From: Pocillopora damicornis
Lineage: Eukaryota
DNA length: 64,000 bases
Reading direction: 5' to 3'
Assembly (NCBI RefSeq): GCF_003704095.1
Contig: NW_020846421.1
Coordinates: 186,001-250,000 of the forward strand
Shown here: positions 26,301 through 37,346 of the stretch, one piece after another
Position numbering within the stretch: the stretch's first letter is position 1
Layout: every line of letters begins with the position of its first letter
Position numbers and translations under genes: made by a program
The notes under the pieces: model-generated
The model's input: only the letters and a program-made list of their open reading frames with translations
Database searches by the model: none
Told to the model about the DNA's origin: nothing

Positions 26301-29300
26301 CTGAATATATAGTGCTCAGTATGGATCACTTGTTTTTCGAGCGTCGCTAGGAAGCGTCTGCTTGCGCGCGAAGTGTATGTTGAGATAAGATCCCGTAGTT
26401 TTTTTGTATATAAAATATCAAAAGTTGGTAATCACCTGATATCATGTTTATCCCACGTGAACACCAAAGTCCTTTTGAAAATGTTTTGCCTTAGTGTATG
26501 ACTTAATAACCCGTTTCGTTTTCTAAACCGATTAACTAAGGAATCCTAAAATCGCGTCTGTCAGTTTTTGTACCTTAATATGCGAGTAACATTAATAATG
26601 AATGTGCTCGCAGTGCTAAGTCCAAATTGATTCGACGACGAATATCAAAAAAAATTACTCTTATGATCTCGCAATTATAACGTTGTCCAATCAGGAAGCT
26701 TATTACATCAACCATGGTTTAAGAAACTCGCCGAGATTACATAGGAGAACGTGATGGAGCGGTATAAAGTAACGTTATAAAAACCTTCAAACCTTTTTAC
26801 TTATAGGATTGGACTGAATAATTACGTTTGAGGAGTGAAAGCTAAAAATTCCACGGCTTAAAATTGTTGTCGTCGATATTTACCAAACATTACTACATAG
26901 ACGCAATTCAGAACAATTACACTTTACAAACACGAAAGAAACACTTAGGAAAAAAGTCAGGTCTGTATGCAGCCATTATGAACTTAGGGTACTATAAGTA
27001 GGGGGAATATTAGGTGCCCGTTCTTAGACATCATGCTAAATAATATGCAAAAAAATGACAAAAAGAAGATCCGTTGTCTAACTAATTGGATGAGAAAAAT
27101 TCCTTAAACATCGAAATTGGACGAGGTATGTGATAACGAAGAGAATAATTACGAGGGTCGAAGTTCAGGCCTGTTTCATGTCCTTTCCAGCCGAGCGTGC
27201 AAAACACTTCGGTTTTGTAGACCTTATCTTTCTTCCCAGGCGAATAAGTACTGATGAATTGTTGAAGTGATTTGCACTCCAAGACGCATCAGTCGCAACA
27301 GATGCCTCTTTCCAGAACATGTCAATGCCGGCCGAGTGTTTTCAAGGGCTGATCACGAAACAGAATTGGCGCCACCGTTGATCAGCATTAAGGTGGGAAA
27401 AAGCCAAGAGGGCGGGGAACGAGCTAGTGATCCAAGTGAGTGTCTACAACTGAAGGTACAAGGCAAAGAGACGGACATTAATCCGTTGTTGCTTGCTGAT
27501 TGTATTCAGGCAGAGGTTCAAATCGGGGTATGGAAGCCATTATTTTCATGTAAATTTGACCATAGCTCTCATTTTACCTTGTTAGATCTACAAACAGCCT
27601 ATCGGACTGTAATACTGCTGCGCATCGGAGAAAGTCCCAACTCCCTAGCAGTATATTCACTACTTATCTTTCGAAGTGATATCACAGTAACTTTAATTTC
27701 CCACCTCTCTCTCTTAAAACAAAGACGGGGCTTTCAAGCTCACTCTGACTTTTGTATTTAAGCTGAACGCTTGTTTCAAATCTTAGCGCGAAGGGTTTTC
27801 TATAGTATGGTCAGGTGTTCTAAATGTGTCATTTGACTGGGATATTTAAACTGTTTAGAAACGATATGCTGTTGCTACTTTTAGCCATTTATTCAACCGG
27901 CTAAAATTCACTTCCAAAAATAATCACAACTCATCGTGTAGTACAACTTATCAACCTTTGTGATCCGACTTTTACATCTGCAATTGCAAAAGGCATATTG
28001 TTTTTTCCAAACCGAACTGCTGGTTATACGATAAGGAACTCCCAGAAGTTTGTCCATTCCGCAACAGAATGCATATATATCCAAGTATAGCGTACATATG
28101 TACGCTCTTCACTACAAAGGCTTTCATGATTTGAAGGTTAATGATCGATTTTTGGCCTCACTTGAAAGAATTTAAGAAAGCCTTCATGAGCTGAAAGTGA
28201 GAGTTAGTCCGGTACCCGAAAAAAATTTTTGGCAAGTCATTAATTATTAATTGATCGTGATTATTTTGTTTCGTGAAACACTGGAAACCTATCAGGTTAT
28301 AAATAAGTACGTAAGAAATCGAACAACCTCTTCTTGCAATATTTCATGCTGACTGTCGCGAAACTTCGTTTAATCGTTGTGGTACACAGTAAAACTCCGA
28401 TCGTGCCACACTCATCGTAACCGCGAACCAAATCTTGATACTTGTGAAGCCGTTCTCCAAACATCGTCAAGCATGATTTTAAAAATTGTGGCAGAAACAA
28501 AGGCCATTTGGTAACACAATGGTGAGCAGTTCCTTAGGATTTTTCGAATTGAATAACTGTGTTAGTTATGCTCGAACTAATTAACTTTTTGTTGTGCATT
28601 TGTTTTTTCACAATAAAAGACTTGAGCTCTTAGCTGCGGCGATATATGCTAATGTCTGAGATAGCTACCATATGCGTTCTTCATTTACTTGGACGTTCTC
28701 TACGTTCCAAAAGTCTTTGCTTTCCGTTTGAATTCCGTTGGCGTAATTATTTTCATCACATTTAATCATTCACTTTCCATGATTAATGAACGATAAAGAA
28801 CTTAATGTCCTTATCATCAGTCGGGAGTGACTGGAAGAACACTGGACGGAAAAAAATGAATAGGTCTCTTTTCGAAAGGTTTTCTAATTCTTTGCACAAA
28901 TTCCACGAAAACAGTGGATACAATGTGAGGGGAAAAAGGCTTTAGCTTGATCTCATAAACCTTATCACACATGGCCAGGCAGTCATTTCAGTTCAGTTGT
29001 AAATTATTACTGTTTTGCGAATGACCGAAATATCGCATTATGAAATAGAAAGTTTATTTGGATGGGTACATATTGGTAGGGCTTCGCTGATCTTCCGATT
29101 TGAATCTTTAGCAATAAAAAATTCTACAACATAGACATTCCATCGCAAAGAAACTGGTGCTCAGTCGCGTGCAAGTGAAAAGACTTCTTTAAAAGCACTC
29201 TATTGGCAGTGATAAATTAAGAAATACAATATAATAGTTTTCGTTCAGGCAATTGCCAAGGGCTACATGCTAGACCGAGAAAATCCTAGTCGCGGTTATA

Positions 29301-32117
29301 AACGTCTTTTCTCTCTGGAAAATTAGTTTTTCAAAATATCGACAGAGAGCGTCAAAATTAATGTTACCTCAAAGCTGTAGATTGACCATTAATCAATTTA
29401 ATTTCTGACAATTTCGATTTGATAAAATCAGAACCGTTCAACCAGGGGGTCTGTAAATCAGTTTCACTCCCTGTGAATACTCTTGTGAATTAACGATCTT
29501 AAAATTGTTCAATTATTCTTTATATTTCAACTAAGTGTGTCAGTGCTTTGAGGGTGGGGCAGTAATCCAAACTTGTTTTTAGTAAATTACTGCTTTTGAA
29601 GTTTCCTTATTTTTAGCAGTACAGTTTATTTAGAGCAGTCTCAAGAATTATTTGAAAATCGCACACAGTGAATCCATATCGTTTTATGTAAGATGTAACA
29701 GTTTATGTTCTTTAGTTGATGACAACAATTAAAAGAGATAGAAGAACGGAGCTAAAATTTCAGTTACTTGGAAGAGACAAGTTCTGAGAGTCTTGCGAAA
29801 TCTATCGTCATGGTTAATGTTCAGACTTTACGAGATTCCTCACAGACTTGCAAGTAATTTCCTTTACTCTTGCGGGACTAAAATAAGCCTTCCTGTTGCA
29901 CCTTAAATGGTGTTCTGGTGGTTTTTAGATTTCTACTAATATCTTCCCTTCAGGACTTCAGGGAAGGTGACCACTGCATAATATATTGGCAGGATTTTTA
30001 CTCTTTTGAAAAAATTTTCCCCTATCAGCAATAATCTGTCTTTAACAAAAACATCCAAAAGCCGTGATTTGTGCGCAGTAAGAAAAAGATTATAAGGTTG
30101 TAAGGTGATTATGTCTTGATGTAACAACACTTCACGTTGCTAGGTGAGGTAGATGTCTGAGGGGCCCAGTAAAGTAGAGTACTGGTTGATATTTTTGGAT
30201 TAGACATAATATTGAGACAATACGAGCCTTTAAAGCGTAAGTGTCTGTCTCCTAACCGTAAGGGTCGGATATTGGTGGCGTTTACCTTTCACTCAAAGGA
30301 ACTCAGTCGTTAGGCACATTATTTCATCGATATTTATTCTTCTCCGAAACCATCAACCTTAAAAAAAATCTTTCCTTTGCTCACATTTTATCTAACATGG
30401 CGAGCTTATGAGTAAACACCTGTTGAGACAGAGGCGTGTGAGCACTTGGGTTTATCAAAATGGTTTTTATCGAAACACTTGATTGGTTTGTTTATACCAA
30501 GCATATTTCCCATAGCGATTAGAAGTAATTTAAGAAACATAACCTCGATAAAGGAGTTGCAATGTTCCATCTCTATAATTGTCATGTGTCGACTTAAAAG
30601 CATTTTTAGAGAGTGTGTTTTTCCGTGGGAGTCATAGCAGATTGAACACTCGAGTTGTTACGAACAAAGTTTGTGGTGCGTTGCAACGTTTAAAGGTTAC
30701 ATTATTTAAAGGTTATGGGACTTTAAGGTTGGAAATTTCAGTTCCAGCAACAGCACTGTCGAACAACATTTAAGGAAATAATTCTTTTGAGTAAGTCAAC
30801 TTTTATCTAGTCAAGGTCGCCACTGGGAACCTCAGATTATGATTAGTTATTGTTACGCTCTGATTTTAACAAAACACAGGATATGGATCCCAAAGGTAAA
30901 GGTAAAGGTAAAGAAAGAAAGAAGTAAATGTTATTTGTACCAATTTGCCTGTGACACACACATAAATTGATCAATTACAAATCTTTTAGTAGGAAATGCA
31001 ATTAACAGTCGTTGCAATGTGACTCCGATTTCTTTCTCGTAGAAAAGTTTCAGTCCGTCAGGTCTCTGTTGACTAGTGCCCAAAATTTGCGATTCGAAAA
31101 CAAAACGAAATCCGCTGTCTGATGATTTGAAAGTACTTCAACGACTTATATTTGAGTAAAAACACCGCAGTATCATTTAGTTCATGGTCGACATCTGCTG
31201 AGGCAGATGATTGTTGAAAATATTCGCTCTGTGGCTTCCTCTTTTTCATTAAAAATTACGATAGAGTTAAAATGTATGGCCAGTGCATACTTGTCTTCAA
31301 ATAAAATACACATACACGCGTAGTAACGGAAACGTTCCGGCTCTTTAATAGCTTTAATAGCGACTTTCGTAGCTTTTAGTCGACTTGATGGTCCTTTTTC
31401 CCAAGCTGCAATCACGGGGAAACAAATGGAAATGTTCAATTGCTCGAGGTGATATGTTCAGACTTACATCTACCATTATGTTACTAACTAATAACCATCA
31501 TTATTAGCTTTAGTTTCAAAAATTATCTTCCTTTTTCGTTTGGTATATATATATATTTTTTCAAGTATCAACGGAGAGGTCATATTTGAAGGTGTTTACT
31601 TTCTTTTTTACTGTGGATGTTAATCTCCCGTGCAAGCTTAACGTCTTTAGTTTGAATGTTAATGCCTGCTACATTGATGCGCCCCAGCAGACATATTCAA
31701 GTCCATACCTAGAAAAAAAGGAAGTAAGTTGAAAAGTTATCAGAACAAAGCTCTATGTCACCTAAAAAAAGAATTCATATTACTTTTCGAATCCGGAAGT
31801 ATATATTGTTTCAATATCCACTAGAAAAAACGTTTTCAAATACCGTTATACAACATCGTCTAAGAACCAAATTGCTTTGTTGAAATCGAACGTTCAGAGT
31901 TAAATTCCAGTCATTTTTCTAGTTCTCTGAAGTGCACTGTTAATCCCCGCAAACTTACAGTTGTCTATGCGTCAGTGTCATTTAGCTTTTACGTTGACAC
32001 TAAACCAGTCAAATTACAAGTTTAAATTGTTGATGTTTTCCGTTCAGGACATATGCAGAGCTGGCTAGAGCCAATTGAAATAAACAAGACACTGTTGATT
32101 CCGGAAATCATCATTGC

Positions 32118-33035
32118 CGAAGTAACTATTCCATGAATTAATACCGAAATCCTAAAGTTATTTGTAATCTTTTCAACTTATTACTTCCGGTCCTTCACCT
32201 CGTGAATGTATTTAGAAAAATTTAATGGATTTACATCTGAAGGACGGGCGGAGTTACAAGATAACCGTGGATTTGATGAAGATTCGGAATTTCGGGAATT
32301 AAACCGAACTATTTCAGTTCAGGTTGGGTCTGCCCCTTGCCTCTACAGAAAGTTAAGCTGCCAGAAAAAATGTATGTCAAAAAACACATTCACACATGGA
32401 ATGCTAATGCTAGCGAAATGCTGTTGTTGTTTTTCAATTTTTTTTTAAAAAAGTTACCGACTGGCTATATGGTCAAAGTAGATTTTCTCTAGCTCTATAT
32501 CCGATATAAGGAGTTTTCATCTATATTTTAGAAAAATTTGAAACGGAAAACATCAACTGCGAAGTAACTTTTCGTGAACTTGATACCGAGATCTAAAAAT
32601 TATTTGCAATACTTTCGTTTATTTCTTCCGGTCCTTCAACCCCTAAATGTATTTAAACAAATTGGGTGGATTTACAACTGAATGACGGGCGGACTTACGA
32701 GATATTTGCGGATTTGACCACGACTTGGAATTTCAGGTATTAGGACTGAATATTTCAGTTCGGATTGGCCCTTGCCAGTTCCCCTCTTTGGCAAAAATGG
32801 CAGACGAAGATCGTTTTGACAGAAAGTTAAGTTTGGCTGGGAAAAATGAAAATATTTATTTCGAAAAAACACTTTAATATTTACGTAAAGGGATTCTAAT
32901 ACAACCGAAGTATTGCTTCTGTTTTTAAAATTGTAAAGAAAGTTATCCGCTAATCATATAATCAAGGTGAATTTTATCAAGCTCCATATTTGATACAGGG
33001 AGTTTTCGTCCGTAGTTTACATGAAATTAGACCTA
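32118..33035 (+). repeat. Diverged tandem duplication, unit about 440-470 bp (32118-32545; 32560-33035)
   Basis: Collinear shared blocks CGAAGTAACT, CTTCCGGTCCTTCA, AATGTATTTA, GGATTTACA, GACGGGCGGA, TATTTCAGTTC, CAGAAAGTTAAG, GGAGTTTTC. Confidence 0.8.
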
Positions 33036-34152
33036 AAAATTGAAAACTTTCTCCGAAAAGCAAAACAGTCCAGCGTTTTACTGAAAAGAGAGAGACAAAG
33101 AGGGGGTAGACTGTGATTTTAATCAAGCCGCTGTTTTCGAACTAAATGCTATTTTTATCGGTCGTAGTTTTTATAACCCAGGTAATTAAAAGCAATAGGA
33201 AGCATAGATGACTAGACACTGCGCCAGCACAAATGATAACAAGGGAAAGGAATCTAGGGTCGTTTAAAAATAGCTTTTGATATATTGACTTTAAGTGATT
33301 TGAGCTAGCTAGAAACCCAAACCAAGCTGTCCTCTGTCGTGGTTCATCAAAGCGATTCGTTCTCCCAAAGTTCATTGTTTTGTGTTTTACTTTTATCTTT
33401 TTCTATTCTCTTCAATCGCTTTTGTTTGTTTTAGGGTTTTTTTAATTTTAATTCTGTTAATACTATTATGTTTAAACTGGCTTTTTGACAAAATCCAAGT
33501 GAAATATTCAACTTACGCAAGAAAGCTGAAGATTTAGTGCGCTTACAGCAGTTTAAGTTTTAAGCTTTTTGATATAAAGTATTTAAGACTTTTTTATTTA
33601 AGTTTCAAAACATACATACCTGTGAGTTATCAGATCGGTCGAAAAATTTATCTAAGATCTCCAAGCGGATAAACCTTATCATATGTGGTCGTTCCCGTTC
33701 GGCGGATTAGAGCTGAAATGTTGAAATTAGTCTCTAGTAAAATCTTTGTTGTCGCCCAAATCTCAAGTACAAGGACAGTTATGACTGGATTTTCTAATTG
33801 CTGTTAATTTGATTATATTCATCCAAAGCACGAGAAAACTAATACTTGAGTCACTCTTATCCAGCCGAAGCGAGCCGAGGTGTGTTAGAAGTGTCGAAGG
33901 TTCACGACCGTTTCACTTCGAAGTTCGATGAGATTAATAGGGCAAGTGATTGACCATCGAGAGTTCTGTAATTGTCTTTTCTCAAGTCACGAATGTTCGT
34001 TGCCACTAATTAAACATGAAAACCTTTTAGTAAAACTACTACTCGTTGACATTCGCCGACAAATTAGCAAGACTGGTGGTTATAAAGCAGTACAGCTTTG
34101 TTCCTGCTCATAGTTGCTATTGTTTTCTAATGACGCCCCAGAGTGCAACATT

Positions 34153-34353
34153 GATTGGTCACAAATCGCTGAGTTTTGTGTGTTTTATTCCCTTCATAAG
34201 GTGCACTTGTGGTTGCCGATTTTATCCAGCAAAAACCTTACCACCAGGGGTCCAAAAATGCCAGAGACAAGCCTGAGGGTTTCGATATTCGATCAAGTTA
34301 CGAAGACGACCTGATATTTGCTACGATGCAGAGAAGTTTGTTCAGATCTTTTG
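34153..34353 (+). promoter_or_regulatory. Candidate proximal promoter and 5'UTR exon of hedgehog
   Basis: GATTGG at 34153-34158, consensus donor TTG|GTGAGT after 34353, strong polypyrimidine acceptor (tttctttattttcttaattag|) before 34666, 67 nt upstream of the ATG. Confidence 0.5.
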
Positions 34354-34732
34354 GTGAGTCTGATGTGAGTCAAATGCTTTGTCCCTCATCAATGAGGAAC
34401 TATTGACGCTGATCTTACCTTACGAATCCAGGCTTGTCGCCAACAGATCGGCAGCTTTTGAAATAGCTTGGAGTTCTCGCTCCGTCTAAGTAGTTGTTTT
34501 ATTGTTTTGTATTGTCTTCTTTAACGCTTATAACGCAAAGTCAATTGATGTTGTCATACAGCGCTACGTGGTTTTCGTTGCTTACATAGCATTCCCTCTT
34601 TCCTTCTAGTACATTGATGAATCCAAGGTTATGAAAACTGCATATTTCTTTATTTTCTTAATTAGAGTGATCAGCGACACCGTTCCTCCTGAGAACATTC
34701 TCGTGCCTTAGTTAAAGCTTCTCGAAAGAGAG

Positions 34733-37346
34733 ATGAGATCCCACTTGTATCCGCGTGTTTGTCTCTGGCCGAAAGTGCCTACTGTCCCACAAGTATATTT
34801 TACTCTGGCGATTATTTCGTTTCTTTGTGGAAACCTTCTGGCCTGTGGTCCTGGGCCAACCGGAAGAAATACTCGTTCCAGGACTCCGATGAAGTTTCGA
34901 CAAAGAATCCCTGATGTGGAGGAGACCTCAATACAAGCCAGTGGAGAATATGTTGGTCGAGTAAAGAGAAGTGAATTGGAGGAAAATTTTAACCCAGATA
35001 TCGTTTTCAAAAACGACGAAAAAAATGAAGATGATAGAAGAATGACCAAGGTAACCGCTATTGCAATTTTGGATTATTTGAAAATTATGGACTAAATCCT
35101 TAAGTGAAATCAATCAAACGTTATGGTTTCAGTACCCATACATGGATTACTTGCTTCATTTACGGCCATACATGGACAAATTCGCCATATTCAGGATGCT
35201 ATTCTCATGCAATTCTAACTGTCAAATGCTAAATGCTAACGATAATTAGCATTAACCGGTCGAAAGTAATCATCTTTATTGCGTCGATCCGAGAGTGTCG
35301 ATGATGTGTTATTGGTCGCAAATTTTGCACGGGTTAGAAGTCCAAAATTTAAGGGTTACGTCACAAGGTATCTGGAACAATTCTGCTCGCCATCTTATGA
35401 AATCCGAGTTAATCGTAATGTATTTGTCCATCCAAGGTTCATCAAGGTTTTATTCGATTTTAAAGGGAAATTGTACCAGAAAAATTATCATTTCTCAAAG
35501 CTTTTCAAATAAAATTTTACTAAACTCCCAGACATAAGACTACCGATGATGCGTGGATTGAGTTCACGAATCAAGTTTCCTAACCGAGAGTTCTGAAGTG
35601 CTGATGTTAAGCTTTGTTTTGTTAAGTAGTGGTTATTGCTTTGCTATTCATGTGTTTTTTCAAAGAACGGTATTTCCTGTCCTATTAGAGCTTACCTGCT
35701 TAGTGGAGCATTTCAGATAAGCAAAGCTTTTTCTGGGCAGTGCATGTCGATAGAATTACAGCTTATTTTTAATAAAGAGCATAATAAACAATTGCAAGCG
35801 ATAATTCGATTATCAACCAAGGACACTGCAATAAGAACATAATTGACTCATCAAAATAATGGTTGGGGACTGCAAGAAAGCGCACGGGCTGGCTTCAGTG
35901 CTGTTATCTTAGAATCTAAAGAGCGCCTGGGGGAAATATTTGCGGTGTCCTTGTATAGCGTCGACGACATGCATGTTCATCGATAGCACCGTAGGCTTGC
36001 TATAAGTCATGCATAGATGTCAATTTAACTATGATAGCTTATACCCTTAACACGCTTTGCTTGTTGTTTACTGTTACTTAGAATTGCCAAGATAAACTCG
36101 CCATTTTAGCATCTGCCGTGAAAACAAAATGGGGAGTAAGACTCCGAGTTATCGATGCTTACGATGTAGATAGCGGCAGAAAAAGGCACCATGGTAAGCA
36201 CTCTCTACACCATGAAGGACGAGCTGTCGACATAGCTACGGAGGACCTTGATAAGAATAAATACCCACAGTTAGGAAGGATGGCCAATGAGGCTGGATTT
36301 GATTGGGTTTATTATGCAACTAGAGGCTACATTCACGCATCTGTTAAAACTGGTAGGTAAAGTATACATACGATACTGACTCGCATAGCTGTATGAGCTT
36401 TTTTCGGTTTAACTCAGATCCTGTAGGCCTATTGCTTCCCTTCCCAGATAGGTTAGTTGCTGGTCTTAGTTTTTTATGGACGTGGCATTTATTCATTTGA
36501 GGCCAAATACCTGTCATATTCGTTATGGTATACAAGAAGTAAGTTAAGTGCCAAAATACAAATATCAATAAAGTATGGTTAGGCTTTGAAACTTGAAAAG
36601 TGTTATTCAAAGGCAAGCGGTTATTTGTTTCAAAGTTATTTGAAAGAGAATTTGAAAAATGAATTACGTCATTCTGATTGACTGATTTAATGCTCTCTTT
36701 TTTAAAAGAAGATGCTGAACAAGAAAGGCTGAGTTACAACTGCTTTCCTGAAACAGCTTCTGTTCACCTCGAAGGAGGACGTACAAAGACTATGAAGGAG
36801 CTTAGAATTGGAGACAAAGTTGCGGCCATGGATACAAGTGGTCGCATAGTTTATAGCAAAGTGGTGACATTTCTAGACATCAAACCCAACACTTCTGGTG
36901 AATATATATCCATCCAGACGAGAAACCCTGCGGCTGAAGTGACAATTACGGAATCGCATTTGATCTATCAGCTAAACAAACATTCGCCGCTGGAGTCGGT
37001 GCGTTTTGCACGGGACTTAAGAGTCGGAGACTTTGTTTATATTCGAAACGGTGCTGGTTTGGAGAAATTCACAGCTGGACGCGTGAATGGAGTCAAACGG
37101 AGCACAGCGAAGGGGGCATACGCACCACTCACGGAAACTGGAAACATCGTAGTTGATAACGTCCTCTGCTCGTGTTATGCCGTGATTTCCAGTCATGAAT
37201 TAGCTCATTGGAGTTTCGCCCCATTGAGGTTTGCAGATTGGCTGTTCCCGGGCATCACTGCTCACAGTAGCTCAGGTATGCATTGGTATGCAAGAATCCT
37301 TCATAAAATTTACACAAGTTGGTATGACATTACCTCGGGAATCTAG
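34733..37346 (+). CDS. hh: Hedgehog precursor (signal peptide, Hedge signalling domain, Hint + sterol-recognition region), about 408 aa
   Basis: Exons 34733-35050, 36082-36352, 36709-37346(TAG). Intron positions/phases (after RMTK, phase 0; after SVKT, phase 1) match bilaterian hedgehogs. LLA|CGPG palmitoylation start at 34844; [34 protein letters not shown]. Hint domain: CF at 36741, FLD, TITESH (TxxH), [21 protein letters not shown]; SRR motif MHWYA. Confidence 0.97.

Noticed and set aside
27267-27761. 164-aa ORF in the hedgehog upstream region
   Set aside because: Non-ATG start, no recognisable domain and no supporting exon chain.
28089-28106. Perfect 18-bp palindrome AGCGTACATATGTACGCT
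   Set aside because: A 9-bp-arm palindrome is expected roughly 0.25 times or more per 64 kb by chance; no other support.
31119-31140. Other CTGATGA...GAAA words (here and at about 60850 on the minus strand) as hammerheads
   Set aside because: No stem II or flanking helices can form.
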